60,296 bases of DNA from an uncultured Gammaproteobacteria bacterium. GTDB taxonomy: Bacteria > Patescibacteriota > Patescibacteriia > Magasanikbacterales > GWA2-37-8. Positions 52,996 to 60,296 of this stretch are shown here, piece by piece. Numbering within the stretch: the first letter of the stretch is position 1; each line of letters begins with the position of its first letter. The notes beneath the pieces are model-generated. The model ran no database searches. It had not been told where the DNA came from and worked only from the letters and a program-made list of their open reading frames with translations. Made by a program: the position numbers and the translations under genes. The stretch covers positions 1-60,296 of the forward strand of contig CAZUWJ010000002.1 of NCBI GenBank assembly GCA_964624315.1, in the 5' to 3' direction.

Positions 52996-54243
52996 ATGAA
53001 AAATAAAACATACATTGGTGCTTTAGCTGTTGTAGTCGCCGCCTTGCTTTGGAGTTTGGACGGAATTTTCTTACGTCCCAATTTACACACCCTACCATCA
53101 ACTTTGGTTGTATTTTTAGAACATTTATTAGGATTTATAGTCTTAACTCCATTTTTAATAATGTATGCCCACGAAATGAAGTGGATAAGCAAAAAACAAT
53201 GGGGAGCAATATTCTGGGTCTCTTTGTTTGGCGGAGCTCTTGGTACCACCTTTATTACCAAAGCCCTATTTTTAACAGGCTTCAAAGATGTTTCTGTTGT
53301 TATACTTTTACAAAAAATCCAACCAATATTTGCCATTATCTTGGCCTCTATTTTCTTGCGCGAAAGATTCCCAAAAAGATTTTATGCCTACGCTATTTTG
53401 GCTGTAATATCCGGATATTTTGTAGCTTTCAAAGACCCTCTACAAATAATGAGCTTACCAGCAACCACCTTTTTAACCATACTATTCGCTTTATTGGCTG
53501 CTTTTTCTTGGGGATCATCCACTGTTTTTGGAAAATATTCTCTAAAAAACATAAATCACGGGCTTTTAGCTGCTTTACGTTTTGGATTAACGGCACTTTT
53601 GATGCTAATTCCAGCTATTTTCTTTTCACAGCAAGCTTGGCTAGCTATAGAAGCTAGACATTGGCTAATCTTAGTGACGGTAGTATTTACCTCTGGCTCA
53701 ACCGCTATCTTTTTGTACTATTGGGGTCTCAAAAAAATTCCCGCCTCAATCGCTACTTTATGTGAACTATCCTGGCCGGTTTCAGCTTTATTATTTGATT
53801 ACTTTTTCAATCACAATGTCTTATCACCCACCCAAATAATTGGAGCTGTGGTTTTAGTCTTTGTGGTTTACAAATCAACCGCTTTGGTAAAATCTCACCA
53901 TATAACTGGTACTGTCATAGAAGGAAAAAATAAAGGTAAAGAAGTGGACATGCAAACCGCCAACTTACTAACCACTCGAGCCGGTAAATTACCAAAAGGA
54001 TTATATACTTGTGCAGTTACTTGGGAAGGACACAGCTACCAAGGATTGTTATATTATGGATATAATTCTTTGAGCGGAGAGGACTGTTTAGAAACTCATA
54101 TTCTAAATTTTTCTGGAGATATTTATGGAAAAAATATAAAAGTAAAAACTGATAAATACTTGCGCTTACCAAAAAAATTCAAAAATATAAAGGATTTGAT
54201 GGAGCGCACAAAAAAAGATCTAGAATTAATTAAAAAGATATAA
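52996..54243 (+). CDS. EamA/DMT permease fused to a C-terminal riboflavin kinase domain
   Basis: Residues 1-~295 form 10 TM helices of the EamA type. Residues ~300-415 are GTVIEGKNKGKEV..QTANL...LETHILNFSGDIYGKNIKV, a RibF C-domain pattern. Confidence 0.7.
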   Translation: MKNKTYIGALAVVVAALLWSLDGIFLRPNLHTLPSTLVVFLEHLLGFIVLTPFLIMYAHEMKWISKKQWGAIFWVSLFGGALGTTFITKALFLTGFKDVSVVILLQKIQPIFAIILASIFLRERFPKRFYAYAILAVISGYFVAFKDPLQIMSLPATTFLTILFALLAAFSWGSSTVFGKYSLKNINHGLLAALRFGLTALLMLIPAIFFSQQAWLAIEARHWLILVTVVFTSGSTAIFLYYWGLKKIPASIATLCELSWPVSALLFDYFFNHNVLSPTQIIGAVVLVFVVYKSTALVKSHHITGTVIEGKNKGKEVDMQTANLLTTRAGKLPKGLYTCAVTWEGHSYQGLLYYGYNSLSGEDCLETHILNFSGDIYGKNIKVKTDKYLRLPKKFKNIKDLMERTKKDLELIKKI

Positions 54244-54313
54244 ATTAATAATTAGACAAAAAATATCTGCCATGATATGATATTTTCTGTATAGCATACT
54301 AAATTAGTAAACT

Positions 54314-55525
54314 ATGAAAAAGATTTATAAAAAACTTTTCTTCGCCCTATTCGCATTAGGAATGTTTTTACCTATTTTAACTTTTGCCAAAGATTTAAAC
54401 ACTGTCCCTATTTATTTCTTTTGGGCCCATGGCTGTCCCCATTGTGCCGAGGAAGAAATATTTTTAGAAGAATATAACCAAGAAAAACCTAATCTAAAAA
54501 TTTATAATTTTGAAGTAACTGACAATAAAGAAAATCAAAAGTTATTTATTGAAACAGCTAAAAAATTAAACGCCGACACAACTGGAATTCCTTTAACTAT
54601 TGTTGGTGACTACGTTATATCAGGCTATGGAAGTCCAACCGCTGATGAAATAAAGTATGTGGTTGAATATTGCGAACAATATACTTGCAAAGATGTGGTA
54701 GGAGAAATTTTAGGCATAAACCAAACTACGCCGACAGCCGACCAAACTCCGCCAGCCCAAACTTTGGAGAAAAAAATACCGGACAAAATAGAAGTTCCTT
54801 TTATAGGTGAAATAAAAACCAAAGACTTATCTTTACCTGTTTTAACTGTAGTAATCGGAGCACTCGACGGATTTAATCCCTGCGCCATGTGGACTTTAGT
54901 TTTTTTAATTAGCATGTTACTCGGGATGCAAAATAAAAAACGCATGTGGGCGCTTGGCATAGCTTTTATTGTTTCCTCAGCGTTTGTTTACTTTTTGTTT
55001 ATGGCTGCCTGGCTTAACTTATTCTTATTTATAGGATTTGTATTTTGGGTTAGAATAATAATTGCCATAGTGGCTCTGGGAGCTGCCTACTATAATCTAA
55101 AAGATTATTTCACCAACAAAGATGCAGTATGTAAAGTTACAGGCACAGAAAAAAGACAAAAAGTTTTTGAAAAAATTAAACATGTTATACAAACCAAGCA
55201 ATTTATCTTTGCCCTGGCTGGGATAATAGTACTTGCTTTTGTGGTCAATCTTGTAGAGTTAGTTTGTTCAGCTGGGTTACCCGCTGTTTATACTCAGATA
55301 TTAACTTTATCCGATCTAAATGTTTGGCAGTATTATGGTTATTTATTTTTATACATACTCATTTTCATGCTAGATGATTTGGTAGTATTTTTTGTAGCGA
55401 TGATCACCTTGCAAATGACTGGTATTAGTTCAAAATACAGTCGCATCTCTAGACTGGTCGGTGGTATTATAATGTTAATTTTAGGAATCTTACTTATCTT
55501 CAAACCAGAATGGCTAATGTTTTAA
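54314..55525 (+). CDS. thioredoxin-fold domain fused to a DsbD/CcdA-like membrane domain
   Basis: Signal peptide, WAHGCPHCAEEE (CxxC), then TM helices with GALDGFNPCAMW. Confidence 0.65.
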   Translation: MKKIYKKLFFALFALGMFLPILTFAKDLNTVPIYFFWAHGCPHCAEEEIFLEEYNQEKPNLKIYNFEVTDNKENQKLFIETAKKLNADTTGIPLTIVGDYVISGYGSPTADEIKYVVEYCEQYTCKDVVGEILGINQTTPTADQTPPAQTLEKKIPDKIEVPFIGEIKTKDLSLPVLTVVIGALDGFNPCAMWTLVFLISMLLGMQNKKRMWALGIAFIVSSAFVYFLFMAAWLNLFLFIGFVFWVRIIIAIVALGAAYYNLKDYFTNKDAVCKVTGTEKRQKVFEKIKHVIQTKQFIFALAGIIVLAFVVNLVELVCSAGLPAVYTQILTLSDLNVWQYYGYLFLYILIFMLDDLVVFFVAMITLQMTGISSKYSRISRLVGGIIMLILGILLIFKPEWLMF

Positions 55526-55574
55526 TAAAAAATAAAATATCTACATAGGTATTTTAAATTAATTATTTTAGTAT

Positions 55575-55612
55575 AAAAAAAGGGAAGAACGACGTTCTTC
55601 CCTTTGTGTTTT
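55575..55612. terminator. bidirectional intrinsic terminator
   Basis: GGGAAGAAC-GAC-GTTCTTCCC flanked by A7 and a T-rich tail. Confidence 0.75.
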
Positions 55613-55626
55613 TGTCACAGAGCCAA

Positions 55627-56337
55627 CTATACTTTAGTCAACTCCTCCCAGTGGGTCTTTGGTTTGTATCTAGGTGATCCCCGTTGACACAGAGGACAAT
55701 CAGCAGGGTCAACAGCCCAAACTTCCTGTTCAACCAGAGTAATCAACTGTCGATTACCGTACCATTTGATAGGTAGTTGAGGTGGCCGATGTACAAAAGA
55801 ACCAATGTAAGGCAACCATTTGACTGGAGTCGGGTTACCTTTGTCAACCGCTTTTTGGACAGCGTTCAGCGTCTTTGAGGTTGTTATTAACTCTTCAACC
55901 TGAAAGACAGTTGCCCCCTCGGGAATGACCACCCGATTCCAAAGCATCACCCCTTTATTATGCGGGTCCTTCTCGGTGAACATAAAAATATCTGCATCGA
56001 GGGCTCTGGCCACATCATGCCCAAAGGTTATGCCCGCCATCGGTGAAGCGACTACCCAGTCAATTTTCTGATCACCAATGGTATTCCGGATTTTCCGCGC
56101 CAATTGATTGGCCAGAATCTCCGACACGGTTACATATTTTAATAACCCCAGGCAGTTAAAAAACCCATTACTGCATTTTCCCGAGGTTAGCTCGGCGTGG
56201 GGGTCTTTTGAATCACCACTGTGCATCCAAGCGGCACCGCATAATTTAAACCAGTGTAATATTTCTTCGACAGGGACATCCCTGTCTTTAAAATATAACG
56301 GATCCAAATCAGCAAAAAAAGTTTTAGGATCAGACAT
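55627..56337 (-). CDS. orotate phosphoribosyltransferase-like type I PRTase
   Basis: 236 aa. PRPP loop VFQVEELITTSKT, and the upstream part has an OPRT-like layout (ELTSGK.S..FFN). About 50% GC by hand count. Confidence 0.6.
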   Translation of the reverse strand: MSDPKTFFADLDPLYFKDRDVPVEEILHWFKLCGAAWMHSGDSKDPHAELTSGKCSNGFFNCLGLLKYVTVSEILANQLARKIRNTIGDQKIDWVVASPMAGITFGHDVARALDADIFMFTEKDPHNKGVMLWNRVVIPEGATVFQVEELITTSKTLNAVQKAVDKGNPTPVKWLPYIGSFVHRPPQLPIKWYGNRQLITLVEQEVWAVDPADCPLCQRGSPRYKPKTHWEELTKV

Positions 56338-57094
56338 GTTTTGACAACCCTTCCTTAATTTCTGCCAAAGTAAGCCCTACAGCTTCCTTGGGGCTTTGTG
56401 GAAATCCCTTATCATTGGCGCAGGCCTGAATAATGGGCCTACCCAAAACAATCCGTGTCGCACCAAGATGAATAGCTTGTTGGGGAGTCAACACCCGACT
56501 CTGGTCATCTCCCTCAACCAGAGACCAGGCAGGACGAATACCAGGAGTGTTAAGACTGAGCGACAACTCAGGCCTACCGGTAAGAATCTTCAGCTCTTTG
56601 GGGGACAAGATAAGTCCACCAAGACCAGCTAACTGAGCCATTCGAGCAAACCGGAGAACTCCTGCCTTAGTCGAGCAACCAAAGATCCCCTGACATTCCT
56701 CTTCGTTAAGACTGGTCAATACAGTTACGCCCAGAACTTCAGTTCTGGGCAGAACTTTCTGAACAACGGACATACCATCAATGCCAGCACAGCACATAAC
56801 CGTTAAGATATCCGGTCTGTATTTAGCCAACAACTCAGCGTCTGTCCCCATTGTGTTTGGGATATCAATGAGCTTAAGGTCGGCAAAAACCTTTAACCCC
56901 ATATCATGAATCTTCCCAATCAGGTCATAACCCAAAAACCTTAAGGCTGAGTTTAGTTTTATATAAACTCCCATACCCTGTAATTGTGCGGCTAAATTCA
57001 GCACCTGATATTCAACACCCTCTACCCCACCAAAATCTTTGGGGGAATAGTCCGCGGCCACTATTAGCCTGTCTTCCGTTTTTAATGTTGGCAA
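56330..57094 (-). CDS. pyrF: orotidine 5'-phosphate decarboxylase
   Basis: LIVAAD, YIKLN and DLKLIDIPNT motifs. TTG 57094 lies 6 nt after AAGGAG; the track start is 57115. Overlaps the PRTase gene by 8 nt. Confidence 0.75.
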   Translation of the reverse strand: MPTLKTEDRLIVAADYSPKDFGGVEGVEYQVLNLAAQLQGMGVYIKLNSALRFLGYDLIGKIHDMGLKVFADLKLIDIPNTMGTDAELLAKYRPDILTVMCCAGIDGMSVVQKVLPRTEVLGVTVLTSLNEEECQGIFGCSTKAGVLRFARMAQLAGLGGLILSPKELKILTGRPELSLSLNTPGIRPAWSLVEGDDQSRVLTPQQAIHLGATRIVLGRPIIQACANDKGFPQSPKEAVGLTLAEIKEGLSKHV

Positions 57095-57272
57095 AGTATT
57101 CTCCTTTTTTCTCAATTTTCAAAGAATAGAAACCTCTTACTTACTTGCTAAAATACACTAAACAACTAAAAAAATCAAGCGCTATAAAATACGAGTAATA
57201 AACTCGTATTTTATAATTTCTACCCTCAGAGAAGAAAAAACAAGGTTAAATTTTATTTAAATAGATAACACT

Positions 57273-57328
57273 TATACTTTTTCCAAATTTTTTAGTCAAA
57301 AAAAGTAAGAATTAATTCTTACTTTTTT
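57273..57328. repeat. 56-bp direct repeat, copy A (contains a terminator hairpin)
   Basis: TATACTTTTTCCAAATTTTTTAGTCAAAAAAAGTAAGAATTAATTCTTACTTTTTT is 55/56 identical to 58649-58704. Confidence 0.9.
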
Positions 57329-57372
57329 CTTATGCGAGATGTCGCCAACCTTATTCGAGCTAAAAGGTAATA

Positions 57373-58344
57373 TTAAACCTCAGAAATAACATCAAAACCT
57401 TTAAAGCTTCCCGTTATTGCTAAACCTATAATATTTTTGGATATTTTTAAATCTTTTATCTTTTTAGCGGTTTCATTAAGTGTAGCACCAGAACCAATTG
57501 CGTCATCTATCAATAAAATATTTTTGTGTTGGTTGTCATAATCAACCACAATGGTATCTTTAGCGTTTTTAATTCTGTCTTTAATTTTGCTTAGTGTTTT
57601 TTGAGGAACAATTATTTCATTTTTAACTTTTACCAAATTTACTTTGTTAATTTTTAACTTTAAGTTTTTTTCTATTTCTTTCATTAATTGAACCTCTCTT
57701 TTAACAGTTGGTGGAATGAAAGCGACAGCATCTATGTCAAAGTCTCTAATTAACTTATCTATTTTAGGCTTAATAATTAAAGATAATTCTTTTATTAATT
57801 CTTTATTTTGACTTTGTTTGGAATAAAGTAATAATTGTCCCAATTTAGTTTTTCCAAATCTTTCAATGCTATAAAAATCTAAATAAAACACTTTGTTTAG
57901 ATATGTTTTTTCAAAACTATTATTCATCTTGCCCAAACCACTAATTAATCCATCTTTTTTAAATTTATTATACTTTTGGATAGTTTTTATATATTCAAGA
58001 GTTGTTTTATTTATATCTAAATTTTGTTTATTACACCAATAAACAAAACCCACAAAACCTTTTTTGATTTTCCCACTAGGAGTTATTATAAAATAATTAT
58101 TATCAATTATCTTTTCATCTTTTTTATTAATTCTAATTTCTTTAAGTTTTTCTTCTTTATTAATTGAATAAAAAACTTTGGGGGGTGTTCCTATTTTTTG
58201 TAAAATACCTTCTTTTAGTAAATTATTTAATTGCTTTCTTATTGCCCTGTCACCAAGATCTAATGCTTCACTAAGGTATTTACCACTAACTTGTTTTCTT
58301 GCTTTAATTATATTGATTATTTTTTCTGATGTTTTTAGAGCCAT
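57373..58344 (-). CDS. wHTH + ComF-like phosphoribosyltransferase domain protein
   Basis: 323 aa with an N-terminal wHTH (LSEALDLGDRAIRKQLNNLLKEG) and a C-terminal PRTase loop ILLIDDAIGSGATL. Confidence 0.65.
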   Translation of the reverse strand: MALKTSEKIINIIKARKQVSGKYLSEALDLGDRAIRKQLNNLLKEGILQKIGTPPKVFYSINKEEKLKEIRINKKDEKIIDNNYFIITPSGKIKKGFVGFVYWCNKQNLDINKTTLEYIKTIQKYNKFKKDGLISGLGKMNNSFEKTYLNKVFYLDFYSIERFGKTKLGQLLLYSKQSQNKELIKELSLIIKPKIDKLIRDFDIDAVAFIPPTVKREVQLMKEIEKNLKLKINKVNLVKVKNEIIVPQKTLSKIKDRIKNAKDTIVVDYDNQHKNILLIDDAIGSGATLNETAKKIKDLKISKNIIGLAITGSFKGFDVISEV

Positions 58345-58508
58345 ATTAATTTATATTAAATAGATTATATATAAACATTATATCATAAAAACAAAAAAGT
58401 TCCTAATATACTAGGAATTAGGAACTTTGTGCAGAGGGTCGTCAACCTTGTTATAACTAATGTCTAATTAATTATATTATTTAAGATTAAAATATATCTA
58501 ACTTCCGC

Positions 58509-58645
58509 TTATTTCTGTCCCCAGTCAATAATTTCTGTAAAACGCAAGTAAAACCCAAATGGATCAACCATTCTAAAGTCTCTCCAAACGTGACCATGAT
58601 CTTTCTTCCCTGCTATTTCACGCACAATATATTTAAATACATACC
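58509..58645 (-). pseudogene. C-terminal fragment of a VOC/glyoxalase-type gene
   Basis: The minus frame reads ..REIAGKKDHGHVWRDFRMVDPFGFYLRFTEIIDWGQK*. No start codon is present, and the frame runs into repeat copy B. Confidence 0.3.
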
Positions 58646-58648
58646 AAT

Positions 58649-58704
58649 TATACATTTTCCAAATTTTTTAGTCAAAAAAAGTAAGAATTAATTCTTACTT
58701 TTTT
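58649..58704. repeat. 56-bp direct repeat, copy B
   Basis: Differs from copy A at a single position (A vs T at the sixth base). Confidence 0.9.
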
Positions 58705-58817
58705 ACTTCCCGCCTTCGCTAAAGCTACAGCGAGGCGATGGCGGAGAAAGGTAGAGAATATTAAAACCGAAATATAATATTTTAACTTTATATATTTTAT
58801 GATATAATATTTAAACT

Positions 58818-59270
58818 ATGGATTTTAAACAAAAAAAACAAAGAGCAAAAGACTTGTATAAATCTCAAAAACAAATATGCAATCCGTATTTGGATTGTAA
58901 TATAACTTTTAATTCTGATGGTTTTCATCACTTACAATTTTCTGCAAGACGAGAAAGAAAAAAAGAAGAACAATTATTAAAATTTAACCTATTACCACTT
59001 GCTATTAACACAATAAAGAAAGCGGGAACTTTACAGGAATATAGAAAACAATTAATTACTATTGGTAAAAAAGGTAAAGATGGTTTTTTCAAAACAAAAG
59101 AAGTTGAATATTGGGGTTTTTCATCAATATATTTAAAAACACAAATTAAAATAAGAGTAATCTTAAAAAGAATAGGAGATGGGAAAATAACTTTTTGGAG
59201 CGTTATGCCAGATTCAAAATTAAAAGGTGGACAAAAATTATATTTGAAAAATATAAAAGACGAAAAATAA
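58818..59270 (+). CDS. hypothetical basic protein
   Basis: 150-aa ORF, K/R-rich, with no recognisable motif. Confidence 0.5.
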   Translation: MDFKQKKQRAKDLYKSQKQICNPYLDCNITFNSDGFHHLQFSARRERKKEEQLLKFNLLPLAINTIKKAGTLQEYRKQLITIGKKGKDGFFKTKEVEYWGFSSIYLKTQIKIRVILKRIGDGKITFWSVMPDSKLKGGQKLYLKNIKDEK

Positions 59271-59272
59271 AC

Positions 59273-59299
59273 AAAAAAACCGATTAAATCGGTTTTTTT
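59273..59299. terminator. bidirectional intrinsic terminator
   Basis: AAAAAAACCGATT-A-AATCGGTTTTTTT. Confidence 0.75.
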
Positions 59300-59569
59300 G
59301 TAGTGCTTGGCTTCAGCTTGGGAAATCCTTAGCTGAACGGGGCTTACGCCCACAAGCACGCTTACATATTATATATTTTAAGTATATTTGTCAAGTGGAC
59401 AAAATTATATAATAGGGATTACTTTTCTTTTATGGCAGTGCTTTCTGGATTTTTCTCGTAAAGTGTTCAAACTTCGTTCAGAAAGCACCGCATTTTAGAA
59501 TTTTCGTTTTCGAGGCGATTGTTGCGTCCCGCTCGGCGGGAAGGGTAGGACGATGTTGGAATGTATTTA

Positions 59570-59833
59570 TTAAGAATATAACTGACTGTGTGTACCGATA
59601 GCAATAAAGTATACCACATCTTTTTCTTTAATTTCTTGGAAAACAACTCTCCAATCTCCATTAATATTGATGCTTTTATATTTTTTTAACTTTCCACTAA
59701 GAGAGTGGTTGTTTAAAATAGGATTGAATTGATCTTTTATAAAAGTTTTTAATTTATCCTTGAAAGCAATTTTAATTTTAGATGGACATTTTTTAAATTC
59801 CTTAATAAATTTTTTAGAATACTCAACTTGCAT
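59570..59833 (-). CDS. RelE/YafQ-family type II toxin
   Basis: 87 aa with F.KD.KK....L.....L......LxGxLKxYxSxxIxGDWRVVF, a typical YafQ/RelE pattern. Confidence 0.75.
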   Translation of the reverse strand: MQVEYSKKFIKEFKKCPSKIKIAFKDKLKTFIKDQFNPILNNHSLSGKLKKYKSININGDWRVVFQEIKEKDVVYFIAIGTHSQLYS

Positions 59834-59836
59834 AAT

Positions 59837-60112
59837 TTATTGTTTATCAAGAAAATTGAGAGATTCTTCGTTATTCTTAAAGGAGTGGTGTTGTTTTTGC
59901 TTCCTTTCTTTTTCAGATTCTTTAATAGAAGAGAGTAAATAATCACTTGGATTACTTTCATCTAAAGTAAAGAAAATAGATTTATCTCTAATAAACTGTT
60001 TTAAAAATCCATTTATAGTTCCGCTTAAAGTTAACCCCAAATCAGAAGCAATTTTTTTAGCTTCTTTTTTAACTTTTGGGTCAGTTTTAATATTTATAAC
60101 TACTGTATTCAT
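59837..60112 (-). CDS. DinJ/RelB-family antitoxin
   Basis: 91 aa. N-terminal RHH pattern NIKTDPKVKKEAKKIASDLGLTLSGTINGFLKQ, 3 nt upstream of the toxin gene. Confidence 0.7.
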   Translation of the reverse strand: MNTVVINIKTDPKVKKEAKKIASDLGLTLSGTINGFLKQFIRDKSIFFTLDESNPSDYLLSSIKESEKERKQKQHHSFKNNEESLNFLDKQ

Positions 60113-60210
60113 ATTTTTTATTATTAATTTTATATATAAAGTATATGCTTAGTATATACCATAATACATATAATGTCAATACAGTTCCAAAGTTATATTA
60201 TCCCTACAAA

Positions 60211-60240
60211 AAACTAAGCTAATATTAGCTTAGTTTTTAA
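60211..60240. terminator. hairpin terminator
   Basis: AAAAAACTAAGCTAATATTAGCTTAGTTTTT. Confidence 0.55.
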
Positions 60241-60296
60241 ATGCGGTACCTTTTGGTTGAAATTCTAACCTTTTTTGAACAGAACCCTGACTGACC

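Noticed and set aside
53049-53657. 202-aa ORF in an alternative + frame, and the 115-aa minus-strand ORF at 52989-53336
   Set aside because: Both lie entirely within the DMT-riboflavin kinase gene, whose frame gives a coherent 10-TM profile. The alternative frames show no motifs.
59304-59359. Hammerhead or other small self-cleaving ribozyme
   Set aside because: The three-helix topology is present, but the junction strands are only 1-2 nt long and lack the CUGANGA / GAAA core.
59467-59661. 64-aa minus-strand ORF
   Set aside because: It overlaps the 3' end of the RelE/YafQ-like gene in another frame and runs through GC-rich repeat DNA. It has no RBS and no motif.

Overview
This is an AT-rich bacterial chromosome segment. 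My hand count gives 15/60 GC at 9421-9480. Most of it is compact housekeeping DNA, interrupted by several small accessory patches.

Core genes:
- gatB; carA-carB-pyrB-pyrI; ruvA / NIF3-like / ileS.
- rpiB-rpe-trxB-like, two mini membrane proteins, and a pfkB kinase.
- A TrmH-like methyltransferase; an HI0933-type flavoprotein; ruvC; yebC; rpoC-rpoB.
- ftsK, a RodZ-like protein and recA; a YibE/F-like protein; gpmI.
- tRNA-Pro(UGG), tRNA-Phe(GAA) and tRNA-Ala(UGC), none with an encoded CCA.
- An O-antigen-ligase-like protein; a NUDIX hydrolase; ahcY; a CaCA antiporter; an adenosine-kinase-like pfkB protein.
- A thioredoxin-DsbD-like membrane oxidoreductase.

Accessory content:
- Toxin-antitoxin modules: HicB/HicA-like, AbiEii/AbiEi-like and DinJ/YafQ-like pairs.
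- A class II Fic protein next to a SAM methyltransferase.
- An unannotated AbrB/MazE-like mini-gene with tandem palindromic operator-like repeats.
- A ComF-like wHTH-PRTase cassette bracketed by 56-bp direct repeats.
- Several GC-elevated islets, 40-50% GC by hand count. They hold a pyrE-like/pyrF pair, a WhiB-like Cys-rich ORF, a zinc-ribbon ORF, a 167-aa orphan, and a two-gene membrane-anchored module wedged inside the tRNA cluster.

Lineage: rpoB has no rplJL upstream, there are many orphan small proteins, and modular TGTCATCCTGA repeats are scattered through the window. This suggests an uncultivated low-GC lineage such as CPR/Patescibacteria. That is inference only.

Most interesting candidates:
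1. A promoter-driven 51-codon membrane-peptide gene enclosed by a perfect 23-nt 5'/3' inverted repeat with an anti-SD tract. It looks like a type I toxin.
2. The tRNA-embedded pair of paralogous TM-anchored orphans.
3. A modular dispersed repeat family with a visible recent insertion/duplication at the NUDIX start. Its ATGACA termini also create false start codons.
4. A T-box-like leader with a hairpin-loop AUC specifier upstream of ileS.
5. A DMT permease fused to riboflavin kinase.
6. A leader-peptide/terminator attenuator candidate upstream of carA.

No CRISPR array, rRNA gene or transposase gene was seen.
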